Positions 26,191 through 41,300 of a DNA stretch of 64,000 nt are shown piece after piece. Below the pieces are notes generated by a model that was not told where the DNA came from, did no database searches, and saw only the letters and a program-made list of their open reading frames with translations. The stretch's first letter is position 1; every line of letters starts with the position of its first letter. The position numbers were made by a program, and so were the translations under genes. The stretch lies in NCBI RefSeq assembly GCF_018350175.1, contig NC_058377.1, forward strand, positions 108,066,001 to 108,130,000, in the 5' to 3' direction. Source of the stretch: Felis catus. Its lineage: Eukaryota.

Positions 26191-28680
26191 AAAATGGAAG
26201 CGAAAGAGGGGCGCCCGGGTGGCTCAGTCAGTTAAGCCTCCGACTTCGGCTCAGGGCATGATCTCGCGGTCTGTGAGTTCGAGCCCCACGTCAGGCTTTG
26301 TCCTGACAGTGCGGAGGCTGGAGCCCAGAGCCGGCTTTGAGTTCTGTGTCTCCCTCTCTCTCTGCCTCTCCCCCGCTCAAGCTCCGTCTCTGTCTCTTTC
26401 TCAAAAATCAATCAACATTAAAAAAATTAAAATTGTGAAATACTTGGTATGTACAAAATAGTTGTCAAATGTACATAAACCATGGAGTGCGATAATAAAC
26501 ACCAAATTTGAAAAACAAAACATTGGCAACATTTCTGTTTCTCCATTGCCTCCTCCCAACACATCTCTCTGACTCCCACACCCCTACTTTTTATTATTGT
26601 ATTTTTTATTATTTATTATTTTTAAAACATTTTTAATGTTTATTTATTTTTGAGAGAGAGAGAGAGACAGAGGGTGGGCAGGGGAGGGAGAAGGGCAGAG
26701 AGAGAGGGAGACACAGAACTCAAAGAGGGCTCCAGGCTCCGCACTGACGTGGGGCTTGAACTCATGAACGTGAGATCATGACCTGAGCCAAAGTTGGATG
26801 CTTAACCCACTGAGCCACCCAGGTGCCCCATATTATTTTATTTTTTAAAGTTTATTTCTTTGAGAGAGACAGAGAGAAAGAGCGCACACACGTGGCAGGA
26901 GAGGGGGCAGAAAGAGAGAGGGAGAGAGAGAATTCCAAGCAGGCTCTGAGCTGTCAGCGCAGAGCCCAACATAGGGCTCGATCCCACCAACTGTGAGATC
27001 ATTACCTGAGCACAAAACAAGAGGGGGAGGCTCAACCGACTCAGCCACCCAAGCGTCCCTCCATTTCCCATTTTCAGTGACACATTGAGCAGATTCCACA
27101 TTTTTTAGTGCCTAGCATGGGACTTGATAAATGATACTTATTTATAATAAATGGTAACTGTCTCTGACCTTCCTTTGCTTGGACGCATTCTCTCTCTCTC
27201 TCTGTCAAAATAAAAAAATAAATACTTTTTAAAAAAATAATAAAAAATAATTATTCTGAATCAATCTTGCCAGAGGTTTGTCGATTTTCTTGGTATTATC
27301 AAAGAACCCAATTTTGACTTCAAAATTCCTTTTCTATTTTATTCATTTCTGCTCTTGTATTTGTTAAGTTTATTCCTTCTACTTTCGTTAGGAATATTTT
27401 TCTCTTCTTTTTTTAAAGCTATTGATTTTGAAATCATTTTAGGCTTGCAAGAAGTTGCAAAAACGGTGCAAAGAGTTCCTGTACACCCTTCACCAAACTT
27501 TTCTTAATGCTAACATCTTATACAACCACAGGACTGTATTGAAACCAGGAAATTAACAGAGCCATAATACTATTAGCTAAACTATAGACCTTGTTTTATC
27601 TGTGTCAATGGTCCCACTAATGTCTTTTTCCTGGTCCAGGAATTCCAGGATTCCAGGATTCCAAATTGCATATCACTGCTGTATTATTTATTGTTATGNN
27701 NNNNNNNNNNNNNNNNNNNNNNNNNNNNNNNNNNNNNNNNNNNNNNNNNNNNNNNNNNNNNNNNNNNNNNNNNNNNNNNNNNNNNNNNNNNNNNNNNNNN
27801 NNNNNNNNNNNNNNNNNNNNNNNNNNNNNNNNNNNNNNNNNNNNNNNNNNTAGTTCTGGGTCAGGGTCTCGGAGAACGTTGCGTTCATGATGTCAGCCTG
27901 GACTGTGGTCATCTGACGTCTTGATTAGGACTGGGGGATCCGCTTTCAAGGCGGCCTATTCACGTAACTGCAGGACGCTCTAGTTCACGACCACGTGGGG
28001 CTCTCCAGGGTGCTGGTTGAGTGGCCTCTGGCTTCACCCAGAGAAAGGACAGCTGGAGTTGCAAAGTCCTTGATGACCTAGCTTCAGAAATCACGCTGTG
28101 TGGTTTTCACAATATCCTGTTGGTACACAGGTCAGCCGTGTTCCATGAATAGCAGCCTCTCTCAGGCCGTTTTGGAGGCTGGTTACCACCCTTGTCATGC
28201 CTCCCTGGTCTCCTCCAGTCTGGAACAATGTCTCAGCCTTATCTTTCTTCCATGAACCTGACCCTTTTTTTGTTTTTTTAAAGCGTACTGGCCAGCTATT
28301 TTCTAGAATATCCCTCAATTTGGATTTCTCTGATGTTTTGTCATGCGTACTTTGAGATGATTCGCTTTGGGTAAGAATACTCCAGAAGTGAAGTCCTCTT
28401 GTAAGTCCTGCATCTTACATGGTCCATGATGTTGGTACGTCTTACAACTGGACACGTATGCTTTGACCACTTGGTTAAGGTGGTGCCTTCCAGGTTTTTC
28501 TCTTCGTGATTAGCAAACATCTCTGGGGAGATACTTTGGATTGATGTAAATATCTTGTTTCTCATCATACTTTACTTACTAATTTTAACATCCATGAGTG
28601 ATTCATGCAACAATTATTACTGTGGGCCTAATGATGATTTTCTACTTCTTTTCATTTTTTAAATGTTTATTTATTTTAAG

Positions 28681-28720
<40 letters not shown>

Positions 28721-29043
28721 CGCGCATGTACAAAAGAACAGGGGAAGGGCAGAAAGAGAGGGAGAGAGAGAGTCCCAAGCCTGTTCCTGGCTGTCAGCGC
28801 AGAACCTGACGCGGGGCTCAAACTCACAAACCATGAGATGCTGACCTGAACCGAAATCAAGAATCAGACGCTTAAGCGACTAGGCCACCCAGGTGCCTCC
28901 TGATTTTCTGTTTCTATCATTCCTTCCGCATTTATTTATTAGAATCCTACTTAAAGAAGAGCTGTTTCTTCTACCCCATTTATTTATATGAGTATAGGCT
29001 CATGCATATTTATTTTATTTTTAAGTAACAATCGATTACTATC

Positions 29044-29310
29044 TGCGATGGTTCATTTTATGTGTCAACTTGACTGGATCACGAAGTGCCCAGATATTTG
29101 GCTAAGTATTTTGGGGTGTGTCTGGAGTGTGCTTCAGGATGGAATGAAGGTATGAATCAGTGAATTCAGGGAAGCAGTTAGTCCTTCCCAAAGGGGGTGG
29201 GCATCATCCAGTCCAGTGAGGGCCTGAAGAGAACCAAAGGTGGGGGAAGGAAGCATTTGCCCCTTGCCGGACTGCTTGAGCTAGACATCATCGTCTGCTC
29301 TCGATGCTTC
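29044..29310 (+). mobile_element. MLT2 (ERVL) LTR 5' part
   Basis: TGCGATGGTTCATTTTATGTGTCAACTTGACTGG...TGCCCAGATATTTGG...GTGGGCATCATCCA matches the MLT2 consensus start. Confidence 0.8.
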
Positions 29311-31406
29311 GTCTTCTTCTTCTTCTTCTTTTTTTTTTTTTTAATTTTTAAATGTTTATTTATTTTTGGGAGAGACAGAGTGCAAGTGGGGAAGGGGCAG
29401 AGAGAGAGGGAAACACGGAATCCAAAGCAGGCTCCAGGCTCTGAGCTTGATCAGCACAGAGCCCGACCTGGGGCTCAAACTCACGAACTGCGAGGTCATG
29501 ACCTGAGCCGAAGTCGGACGCCCAACCGACTGAGCCACCCAGGCGCCCCGATCATAAGTTTATATTTAAAAAATTTTTTTAATGTTTTTATTTATTTTTG
29601 AAGGAGAGAGAGGGAGAGAGACAGAGCATGAGCAGGGGAGGAGCAGAGAGAGAGGGAGACACGAAATTCGAAGCAGGCTCCAGGCTCTGAGCTGTCAGCC
29701 CAGAGCCCGACGCGGGGCTCGAACTCATGAATGGTGAGATCGTGACCTGAGCCGAAGTCGGACGCTTAACCGACTGAGCCACCCAGGCGCCCCCATAGGT
29801 TTATATTTAATGTCTTTGATTCCAATCCAACACTACCCTTTTCCTTATTCGTAACTTCTTATTTCAACAGTGACAAATCTCGTTCTCTTCATCCACAATG
29901 TATTACTTACCTGCTCAATACAAGTATATACATATTAGATAGTTTCAGAATTTCTAACCCATACCGCTCTGAAAAACAAATATTGTAATTGAAGCGCAAC
30001 CTTTGTCTTTTGCTTTACTGTATGTAATCAAAATACTGCCAGGCGACCTTCAGTATGGTTATGTTACTCGTTTTTAATGCAGCTAAGTTCATGTCTTACT
30101 GTTTATTTTCCTTATTAGGTACCCCCCCCACCACCACCACATTCTGGTTGACTTTATTTATTTCTTGTTTTGGGGAGCAGGCGGACCTAAGAGTCAGCAC
30201 TATACAAAAATTGTACTCACATTCTTCCCTTACCCCTTCTATGCCAGTTTCATTCCTGAATTCTTTCTTCCTTTCTTTTCTTTAATGTTTATTTATTTTG
30301 AGAGAGAGAGAGAGTGAGAGAGAGAGAGAGAGTGGGAGAGGGGCAGAGAGGGAGAGGGAGAGAGAGAATCCCAAGCAGGCTCTGCACTGCCAGCACAGAG
30401 CCCGACGTGGGGCTCGAACCCACGAACCGTGAGATCATGACCTGAGCTGAAATCAAGGGTCAGAGGCTCAACCAACGGAGCCACCCAGGCGCCCCCTGGA
30501 TTCTTTCTAACCCGTTTCCCACCTACTCCATAAAAGTAATAAATGTCATTCATTCTGGCTTATCTTTCTTGTCTTTCTTTTTGCACAAAGGAACAGATGT
30601 ATGTCTATTTTCTTAAAATCTCTTCCCTCGTACGGGTAGCACCCTATCTGCTGCTGGAAATTACTCCCTCGTGGTTCATAGAGATTTTTCTCATTTTTTT
30701 TTTTTTTTATAGCTGCATTGTCTATATGTACCAAAGCTATTCACCCACCTCCCACATATGGTATAGTATGCAAAGTTTGTTTCAATTATTTGCAATGACA
30801 GACAAAGCTGCAGTAAATAATCTGCATGTATGGGGCGCCTGGGTGGCTTGGTCGGTTAAGCGTCCGACTTCGGCTCAGGTCACGATCTCACGGTCCGTGA
30901 GTTCGAGCCCCGCGTCGGGCTCTGGGCTGACAGCTCAGAGCCTGGAGCCTGTTTCCGATTCTGTGTCTCCCTCTCTCTCTGCCCCTCCCCTGTTCATGCT
31001 CTGTCTCTCTCTGTCTCAAAAATAAATAAATGTTAAAAAAAAAAATAATCTGCCTGTATGCTTTCGTATTGTTGGAGATGTATTCTCAGGGGAATTTCCT
31101 AGAAGTGGCATCGCTGGGCCAAAAAGTAAGTCCATATGTAGCTTTGCTAGAAGTTGCCAAATTTCCCTGGGGAAGGGTTGTTATACCAGTTCCCGTTTCC
31201 CCTGGCGACATATGAGGTCTGTTTCCCCACAGCCTCACCAACAAAATATGTTGGTATTGCTTACTTTTTTTACCAATCTGATGGTTGTTTCGGTGTTGAT
31301 TTAATTTCATTTACTTAAGTGAGTTTGAACATGTTTTTGCGCGTTTGAAAAAGATTCATACTTTTTGTTTTCAAATTTATTTTTATTTTAGAGAGAGAGA
31401 GAGCAA

Positions 31407-32235
31407 TGTTGAAGAATAAAACATAGTTAACATCCCAGCGTCCAAGAATAAACTATATGTGAACCTAAGAGGACCTTAGGACCTGGGATACCGAGCCAAT
31501 GTTTACGTTGGGCTTCCACAGAAATAAGATATCGTCGCTAAAATGCTGCGTTCCTATTGCCTGAATATTAGTTCTGCTTAAATCCACATTGCTGAGTTAC
31601 TGACAATTAAAGCTTCCTCTTAATGGCTTGTTTGGCTTCCGTAAACTGCTTGGCGTAATCATACTTCCCCAAACTTGGTCACCCCATCCTGCTCTAACTA
31701 GATTAAAAACTAACATTACGAACAACATGATTCAGCGTTCAACTAGCTGGAGTCAGCAAGTTATGTTTCAAATAACTCTAAGGCAATGTGATTGGGGCCC
31801 GCCTATTTCTTTTTATTTAAAAAAAAAAATTTTTTTTAACGTTTATTCATTTTTGAGACAGAGAGAGACAGAGCATGAACAGGGGAGGAGCAGAGAGAGA
31901 GGGAGACACAGAATCTGGAACAGGCTCCAGGCTCTGAGCCGTCAGCACAGAGCCCGACGCGGGGCTCGAACTCATGGACCAGTGAGATCATGACCTGAGC
32001 CAAAGTCGGACGCTTAACCGACCAAGCCACCCAGGCGCCCCGGGGCCCGCCCATTTCAACTACCACCTTTCGTAACCTGATTGGTTTGTGCAGCCTTTGT
32101 AAGAAATCTTCAAACCTAGTTCGGGGCCAGACTTTCGGGAACTGTTACTCCCCGTCTGGCCCGGCCATCATAAACTTGGTTTTGTGCGATCGCTCTTGCT
32201 GTTTTGGAGTTCGTACGCGACCATAACCTGTAACG
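31407..32235 (+). mobile_element. Solo ERV (class I-like) LTR of ~580 bp, inserted inside a SINE and itself interrupted by a SINE (31810-32041)
   Basis: TGTT...AACG termini; 4-bp TSD GCAA (31403-31406 / 32236-32239). The flanks rejoin into one antisense SINE. Inner SINE TSD is GGGGCCCGCC(T/C)ATTTC. Confidence 0.8.
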
Positions 32236-32256
32236 GCAAGAATGGGGGAGAGGGGC

Positions 32257-32303
<47 letters not shown>

Positions 32304-35300
32304 CTCAAGCAGGCTCCACACTCAGCACAGAGGCCAGGGCTTGATCCCACGACCCTGGGGTCATGACCTGAGCCAACATCAAGAGTGAGACACTCAACCG
32401 ACTGAGTCACCCAGGTGCCCCTGAGAAAGATTTTTATGTCTTTTATTCTGTGAATTTTCCGTTCAGATCTTTTTTCCTTTTTAAAAATCAGGGTTAAAAA
32501 GAATTTTTTTTTATAAAAAAATAAAATCAGAGTTTTGGTCTTTTCGTCTCTCAAGTTGTAATAGTTCTTTCTATATTAAGGATACAGGTCGACAAATTTT
32601 GTCTTCATTTGTCCGTGTCTTTGGAAACTGTGAGAAGCTTTTGTTTTCTGTTTTATATACAATGTTTCTATGGCTGGCATGTTTTATGGGGATCAAGTGT
32701 TAACACGAGATAATTTCAACAGCAAGTAAAAGGCTCCTCTTTAAAGGCTTTAAAATAAAGGACATTTATTATTTCATATAAAAGAAGTCCGAGTAGGTGG
32801 TACATTCCTCTGATAATTAAGTGGCTTGATGATGTCATCAGAGATCTAGCATTTTCTTATGTTTCTACTCTGACATCCTCAGCGTAATGATTTTTGTCTC
32901 CCGATGTGCCCTCTGGTGGTCCTACGATGGCGGTCACAGCTTGTTTATGGCATTTTTTTTTTTTTTTTAACGTTTATTTACTTTTGAGACAGAGAGAGAC
33001 AGAGCATGAATGGGGGAGGGTCAGAGAGAGAGAGGGAGACACAGAATCTGAAACAGGCTCCAGGCTCTGAGCTGTCAGCACAGAGCCCGATGCGGGGCTC
33101 GAACTCACGAACTGTGAGATCATGACCTGAGCCGAAGTCGGACGCTTAACCGACTGAGCCACCCAGGCGCCCCAATGGCATTTTTAATAATGTTTCATTT
33201 ACTTTTTAGAGAGAAAGAGCAAGAGCGTGCAAGCAGGGGAGGGGCAGAGAGCAAGGGAGACAGAGGATCTGCTGTGGGCTCTGAGCTGACAGCCCAGAGC
33301 CCGAGTCGGGGCTCAAACTCACGAACTGTGAGATCATGACCTGAGCTGAAGTTGGAAGCTTAACCGACTGAGCCACCCAGGCGCCCCTGGTTTATGGCAT
33401 TTTTGCTGTGCAAAGATCTTCGTGTGAGGTAGTCAAACTTATTAATCTTCTCTTTTATTCTCTCTGGATTTTGAATCAGAATTAGAAAGCCCTTTTCTAC
33501 TCAGAGGTTAAAGAGAAATGCACCCATATTTTCTTCTAGTGCTTTTGTGGTTTTGTATTTTACGTTCAGATTCCTGAGCCGACGACTCATGTATAGGGTA
33601 AGGAATGGGTCTATTTTTTGTCTTTGTCCAAATGGTTAGTCAGTTGCCCCACACCATTTATTATAAAGGCCATCTTTTCCCTAGTGAGTTGAGATGCCTT
33701 TGTGCCTCCTTTCCTATACCAAATTTCCACGGTACTCTGTTCCATTGGTTTGTCTATCCATCTAGCACTGCTATGCTGTGTTCATCACAGAGGCTTTATA
33801 GTATGTTTTAGAGCCTGTTAGTCCTCTGTATAGCGATCTGTCGTGTGATAGCTCTCGATCTACTGTGTTTTAGCAGCTTCTGGGTGTGCCAGGAATCTGG
33901 GAACAGTGTAGGGCTGAGGACTCTGGCTAATCTAGCTGTTAGGCAAGTGCACAGTCAACTCAAGGCTCCACGGAGGCTGAAGCCTGAAGAGTCACCTTCT
34001 AAGCTCACCCATATGGTTGTGGGTTGGCCTCAGTTCGTCCCTATCTGGAGACCTCAGTTCCTTCCGGCATGAGGCTCTCCATGGGACTGCTCACAGCATG
34101 GTTTCCCTCAGAATAACTGATCCAAGAGGGAGAAAGGAAGAGAGGCCCAATATGGAAACCTCGGTTTTTACAACCTAGTCTCAGAACTGACATATTATCA
34201 CCTCTGTTGCATTTTATTGGTTCAACCCAGGAACAGTGCAGGAAGGGATTACAAAAGGAAGTGACGTCACTGGGGGACACCTTGGAGGACGGCTCCCAAA
34301 TCTTTCTTCCTAGTTGTTGTTGTTCCCAGTATTTTCCTGACTACTTTTTCAGCATGAACTTTAGCATCAAGTTGTCTAAGTTGCTGGCTATTTCTATTGG
34401 GGTTGCGTTAAAATAATAAATTAACTTGGGGTGCCTGGGTGGCTTAGTCAGTTGAGCGTCTGACTCTTGGCTGTGGCTCAGGTCGAGATCCTGGAGTTGT
34501 GGGATCGAGCCCCAAGTTGTACTCTGCGCTGAGTGTGGAGCCTGCTTGGGATTCTCTCTTCCTCTGCCCCTCTCCCCCACTTGCATTTTCTCTCTCTCAA
34601 ATAAAAGAAAAAAAATTAACAATAACTGACATCTTTATAAAGTTGATGGGACCCCCATTCCAAGAACAAAGATGTTTTCCCATTTGTTCACACCTACTGT
34701 TGTGTCTTTCAGCAATATTTTACTTTTACTTTTATTTTTTTAGCAATATGTTAAAGTTTTCCTCATTTAGGCTTTACAGATTTCTTGTTAGGTTTCTTCC
34801 TAGGGAATCAATCTTCTTTGTTGCTGTTGTAAATAGATTTCTCTGCCATTACATTTTCTGATTAGTGTTTATTGTGTATAAAGACTATTGCTTTCTGTGT
34901 GTTAATTTTCTATCCAGTCAACTTATTAGAAATATTTTATAGTCTGAGTTAGTTTTATCATCGATTTCCTTGGGTTTTATAGGTATACTGTCATTATCTC
35001 CAAAAAGGCACACTTTTATGTCCTTCTTTATGCTTCTAAATTATTTTTCTTATCTCCCACAAATGGCTAATACCTGTAGTACAATGTTGAGCAGCAGAGA
35101 AAGTGGGCATTTCTGCCTTTGTTCCTGAACTTCATGAAATGTTTCTAGTGTTTTCACTTTTAGTTAGATACTGGCATCAGAATTAAGATGTATAATATTA
35201 GTGGAGTGCCCGGATGGCTCAGTTAGTTAAGCATTTTGGCTTGGGTCGTTGAGGTTCGTGAGATCGAGCCTCACTTGGACTCCGCACTGACAGCAAGAAG

Positions 35301-35362
35301 CCTGCTTGGGATTCTCTCCCTCCCTCTCTCTCTGCCCCTACCCTGTTCACACACATGCTCTG

Positions 35363-35398
<36 letters not shown>

Positions 35399-35402
35399 AA
35401 AA

Positions 35403-35433
<31 letters not shown>

Positions 35434-36159
35434 GGCATGTAGTATTAATATATCATATTTTAGGATTATACAATTGCTGTTATACTTAATAATATGTGGC
35501 ATTATGTACATATCATACATCTATACATGCATATATTAATGTATACACATATATACCGTATATATGCGTATATAAAATATCTTTCAATTTCTATGTTCTT
35601 CAATGTTTTTATGTGAACAGGGTGTTGAAGTTTGTGGAAGGTTTTTTTTCATCATTAAGGATAAAATCATACGGGGCGTCTGGGTGGCTCAGTCAGTTGG
35701 GCGTCCGACTCTGGCTCTCACAGTTGGTGAGTTCGAGCCCCGCGTCGGGCTCTGTGCTGCCAGCTCAGAGCCTGGAGCCGGCTTTGGATTCTGTTTCTCC
35801 CTCGCTCTCTGCCCCTCCCCCACTCACACTCTGTCTCTCTCTCTCTCAAAAATCAATAAACATTAACATTTTTTTTTAAAGAATATAATCATACAAATTT
35901 TCCCTTAAATCTATTAATATGCTGTGTAATATTAATGGACCTCTTAACATTGAGCCCATCTTGAATTTCTGGAACAAAGCCCACTTGGTCGTGTGTTGGA
36001 GGAGGTCATCCAGAGGACGTGGCTGCCAGTCGCCCCGCCAGCTGGATCCAGGCAACTGGGGGCTCCTCACCCTCTCCCCCACCCTCGGAATGTGTGTTCT
36101 GCTTGCCTTCCCAGCCCGAGAAGCTGTCCAGGAACACAGCCTGATGATAGTAAGGTCAT

Positions 36160-38030
36160 GTTGAATCGGTTTGTTTTCCTATTGTTGAGTTTTAAGGGTT
36201 CTTTGTATATTTTGGACACCAGTCCCCTCCCCGATGTGTCTTGTGTAAGTACTTTCTCCCTGTCTGTGGCTTGTCTCCTCATTCTCTTGACATTATCTTT
36301 TTTTTTTTTTTTTTAATTTTTTTTTTCAACGTTTATTTATTTTTGGGACAGAGAGAGACAGAGCATGAACGGGGGAGGGGCAGAGAGAGAGGGAGACACA
36401 GAATCGGAAACAGGCTCCAGGCTCTGAGCCATCAGCCCAGAGCCTGACGCGGGGCTCGAACTCACGGACCGCGAGATCGTGACCTGGCTGAAGTCGGACG
36501 CTTAACCGACTGCGCCACCCAGGCGCCCCTACATTATCTTTTTTTTTTTTCTTGACATTATCTTTTGCAGAACAGAAGTTTTTCATTTTAAGGAAGTCCA
36601 GCTTAACGTCTCTTTCTCCCATGAATCATGCCTTTGGTGTCGTATCTTAAAAGTCATGATCTTACACCTTCAATGTCATGTTCTATGTCAAGTATACCTC
36701 AAAAGGACTGGGGGCAGGGGCGTCGTGGCCAGACCCAAGGTCGGCTAGATTTTCTCCAATGTTATATTCTAGGAGGTTTATAGTTTGATATTTCACATTG
36801 AGGCGTATGATCCGTGTTTAGTGAATTCTTGTGAAGGGTGTGATGTCTGTGTCTAGATTCGTTTTTTTTGTGTGTACATATCCAGTTGTTCCAGACCGAT
36901 GTTGAAAAGACTGTATTTTCTCCACTGTATTTCTTTGTTCCTTTGTCGAAAATCAGTTGTTTATATTTATGTGGCTCTATTTCTGGGCTCTCTATTCTGT
37001 TCCATCGATCTATATGTCTACTCCCCACCCCCCCCGCCCCCCCACCACACTGTCTTGATAAACTGTAACTTTTCAGTAAGTCTTGAAATCAGGTAGTGTA
37101 GTCCTTCTGCCCTTCGATATTGAGTTGGCTCTTGCGGTCTTCTGCCTCGCCAGGTAAACTTTAGAATCCGTTTGTTGATATCCACAAAATTACTTGCTGG
37201 AATTTTTCTCAGGATTGCACTGGATCCATACATTAAGTTGGGAAGAATCGACATCTTGGCAATGTTGAGCCTTCCTAGCTATGAATATGGAATATCGTTC
37301 TATTTATTTAGTCTTTCTTTGATCTCTTTCATCCGAGTTTTACAGTTTTCCTCATATAGATTTTGTATACGTTGTGGTAGATTTATACCTCAGTATTTCA
37401 TTTTCGGGGGATGCTAATGGAAATGGTTTTGTGTTTTTAACTTCAAATTCGACTTGTCCGTTGCTTGTGAATAGGGAAGAGATGGACTTTTTTTATTTTT
37501 AAGATTTTTTTTTTAAGTAATCTCTACACCTAACGTGGGGCTCGAACTCACAACCCTGAGATCAACAGTCACATGCTCCAATCGAGCCAGCCAGGCACCC
37601 CAGAAAGCAATGGACTTTTGTATATTAGCCTTGTATTCTGCAAACTCGCTATAATCACTTATTCGTTCTAGGAATTTATTGTTGATCCTTTCAGATTTTC
37701 TACATCGATGATCATATCGTCTATGAACAAGAATCAGGTTTATTTCTTCCTTCCCAATCTGTACCCCTTTTATTTCCTTTTCTTGTCTGATTGCATTAGC
37801 TAATACTTCCAGTGCGATGTTGAAAAACAGTGATGAGAGGGCACATCCTTGCCTTGTTCCTGATTTTATTTGCACAGCTTTGAGTTTCTCACCATCAAGT
37901 GTGATGTTATCTGTGGGGTTTTTGTAGATACTCTATGAAATTAGGGAAGTTTCTCACTATGCCTAGTTTACTGAGAGTTTTTATCATGAATGGGTGTTGG
38001 ATGTTGTTGAATGCTTTTTCTGTATCTACA
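36160..38030 (-). mobile_element. LINE-1 ORF2 fragment(s) with nested SINEs
   Basis: Translations KSGTRQGCALSSLFFNIALEVLANAIRQEKEIKGVQIGKEEI (RT) and HIDRWNRIESPEIEPHKYKQLIFDKG. Confidence 0.9.
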
Positions 38031-38324
38031 TGTGATTTTATTTTATTATCTTTTTAATTTTTAATGTTTATTTTATTTTTTGAGGGAGAGGGAGAGAGAG
38101 AGGGAGACAGAGTGGGAGCAGGGGAGGGGCAGGGAGAGGGAAAGGCAGAATCCGAAGCAGGCTCCAGGCTCTGAGCTGTCAGCACAGAGCCCGACAAGGG
38201 GCTCGAACCCATGAACCGTGAAATCATGACCTGAGCTGAAGTCAGACGCTGAACCAACTTAGCCACTCAGGCGCCCCCTATTTTATTTTTTATTTTAGAG
38301 AGAGAAATAGCAAATGGAAGAGAG

Positions 38325-38369
<45 letters not shown>

Positions 38370-41300
38370 CTTAAGCAGTCTCCACCTCAGCACAGAGCCC
38401 CACCCAGGGCTCGATCCCACGACCTTGAGCCGAAATCAAGAGTCTGAAGCTCAACCAACTGAGCCACCCATGCACCCCTGGAGCTCTTCACCCTCACGGC
38501 CTGCCTTTCCGCCTGGGCAGAGCCTCTGCCCCACACTGCTAGGTAGTATTTTCATTATCGGTACTTTTTAGAACTTTGTATTCCGGTTTGTTTTCCCCAA
38601 ATTACTTTTGGTTTTGTGTTTATGAATAATTTCTCATTTTATTGCGTCGTGCTCAGAGAATACTGTTGCCATTTCTACTTTATCGAACTTACCGATGCTT
38701 TCTTTGCGACTGGAGCGTGATTAGGGTTTGTTTGTTGTTGTTCTGAATATTTTGTTTCTTTGGATTCATGGTTGTTTTTTCTTGGGGGGGGAGTTTCCTC
38801 AGTTGATGTGTTTCATTTTCTGATTTGGGGTTCTTTTAATTAATGAATTAAAAAGTTTATTTTGAGAGAGAGAGAGAGAGAGAGTGTGAATGAGCGGGGG
38901 AGGGGCAGAGAGAGAGGGAGGTGGGTATGGAGGATCAGAAGTGAGCTCTGCGATGACAGCAGCGAGCCCGATGTGGGGCTTGAACTCATGAACAGTGAGA
39001 TCATGACTGAGCAGAAGTCCACCGCTTAACCAACTGAGCCACCTAGGTGCCCCTATTTAAGTAGGCTCTGCACCCAATGTGGGGCTTGAACTCGTGACCC
39101 TGAGATCAAGAGTCCCGTGCTCTCCCGAGTCGGCCAGGTGCCCCCCACCTTGTTTTGGTTTTTAATAATAGCTCCATACAGATCTGTTAATGATCTTCCT
39201 TTTCATTTTTGTGGTAGTGAGTGTCTTACAAGATTCCTAGTTCAACAGCACTCTCTCCTGTCAATATAGCAAAGTCCACAGTCGAGTGGATTTTCATTTG
39301 TTTGGTGGGGGGAGGGGCTTGTGGCCTCCAACTTTTCCCTTTTTGCGTTGTAAGACCCTGAATTTTCCCCTTTTGTTTTTTACCCCCTCCACCACCCAGT
39401 TGCTCAAGGACACCCCTTGCTCATTTTCGCCTTTTTTTTCCTTCTTCCAGAACCTATTTTATTTTATTTTATTTTATTTTATTTTATTTTATTTCTTTTT
39501 GAGAGAGAGACAGAGACAGAGCGTGAGTGGGGGTGGAGCAGAGAAAGAGGGAGACACAGAATCCGAAGCAGGCTCCGGGCTCCGAGCTGTCGTCGTGGGG
39601 CCCGAACTCCCCAACGGGGAGATCATGACCTGAGCTGAAGTGGGAGGCTTACCCGACTGAGCCAGCCAGGCGCCCCCTTTTTTATTTTTTTAAGTAAGTT
39701 TTATGCTCAACGTGGCGCTTGAGCTGATGACCCACAGATAGGGTCCGGTTCCATCAACTGAGCCAGTGGGGCGCCCCAGAACCTATGCGTTTTAAAGACT
39801 GACCCCCCCCCCCCCCAAATCCCACCCACTTTTAAATTTCTTCCCGGTAGTGTAAGCTCTGACCTCCCAGGACATTCTCCCAGCATTTTCAGACTGTGGC
39901 AGAACAGTCTTAGCGGCGGAGTTTCTGGATCAACCTTGGGCCCTGTTGCCAACCCCTTGTCCCTGGTTTCTCTAAGCGCGAAGCCTGGTGGCCGGTGGGG
40001 TGGGGTCCGCGCTGTGATTGGGTGGGCTTTATTATTATTTACAGTTATTTTCAAGTTTGGACACTCTCTACTTTCAAGTTATGCTGAGGCTGTGGTTTCA
40101 GCAGAGTTTTAATCCCCACTCTTGTTATTCTGATTTGTTTGGGGAGGAAACACCGAGAAATGGGGATCCAGGCAGCTGCTGTGGTCCTCAGCTACCCCGA
40201 ATCCCCCCCCCCCTTTTGTTTTGTGACTTTTTATTTATTTATTTTTTAATTTTTTTTTCAGCATTTTTATTTATTTTTGGGACAGAGAGAGACAGAGCAT
40301 GAACGGGGGAGGGGCAGAGAGAGAGGGAGGCACAGAATCGGAAGCAGGCTCCAGGCTCTGAGCCATCAGCCCAGAGCCTGACGCGGGGCTCGAACTCCCG
40401 GACCGCGAGATCGTGACCTGGCTGAAGTCGGACGCTTAACCGACTGCGCCACCCAGGCGCCCCTGTTTTGTGACTTTTTAAGACAGAGTTTTGTTCATTA
40501 GCTTTCACCCTTTCTTACGTTCCAATATTTGCATTTGAGGTCATAACTTCCTCTCTGAGAATTATTAGCTGTGTCGCCCAAATTTGATACGTGATATTTT
40601 CATTATGATTGCAGTCTCAAACAACACAAATCTATTACCTATTTTCTAACTTTTGTTGTGTGTGTGTGTTTTTCCCTTAGCCCGGAAATGTCATGAAACG
40701 TTTCTTAGTGTCCAATTTTTTTTTTCTATTTATCTGTTTATTGGTGATGTTTAACTTAATGGCACTGTGGCCAAAAACCACAATGATTTGAGTACTTTGA
40801 AATTAGTTGAGGTGCATTCTGGTCTAGAATTTAATCAATTAATTTATTGGAAAATGTTCTGCGTATGCTTTTCTGCATTTAGGTGCACCGCTCCCTATTT
40901 GTCCACTAGGTCAAATTCATTAACCACTTTTTTTTTTTTAATTTTTTTTTTCAACGTTTATTTATTTTTGGGACAGAGAGAGAGACAGAGCATGAACGGG
41001 GGAGGGGCAGAGAGAGAGGGAGACACAGAATCGGAAACAGGCTCCAGGCTCTGAGCCATCAGCCCAGAGCCCGACGCGGGGCTCGAACTCACGGACCACG
41101 AGATCGTGACCTGGCTGAAGTCGGACGCTTAACCGACTGCGCCACCCAGGCGCCCCAAACCACTTTCTTCATATCTCTTATAGCTTTGCTAATTTTTTTG
41201 CCTGCACACACCATCAAATCTACAACTGTGATTTGTCTGTTTTTCCTTGTGGTTCTATCCATTTATATATATATATATATATATGTTATGTGTATATATT

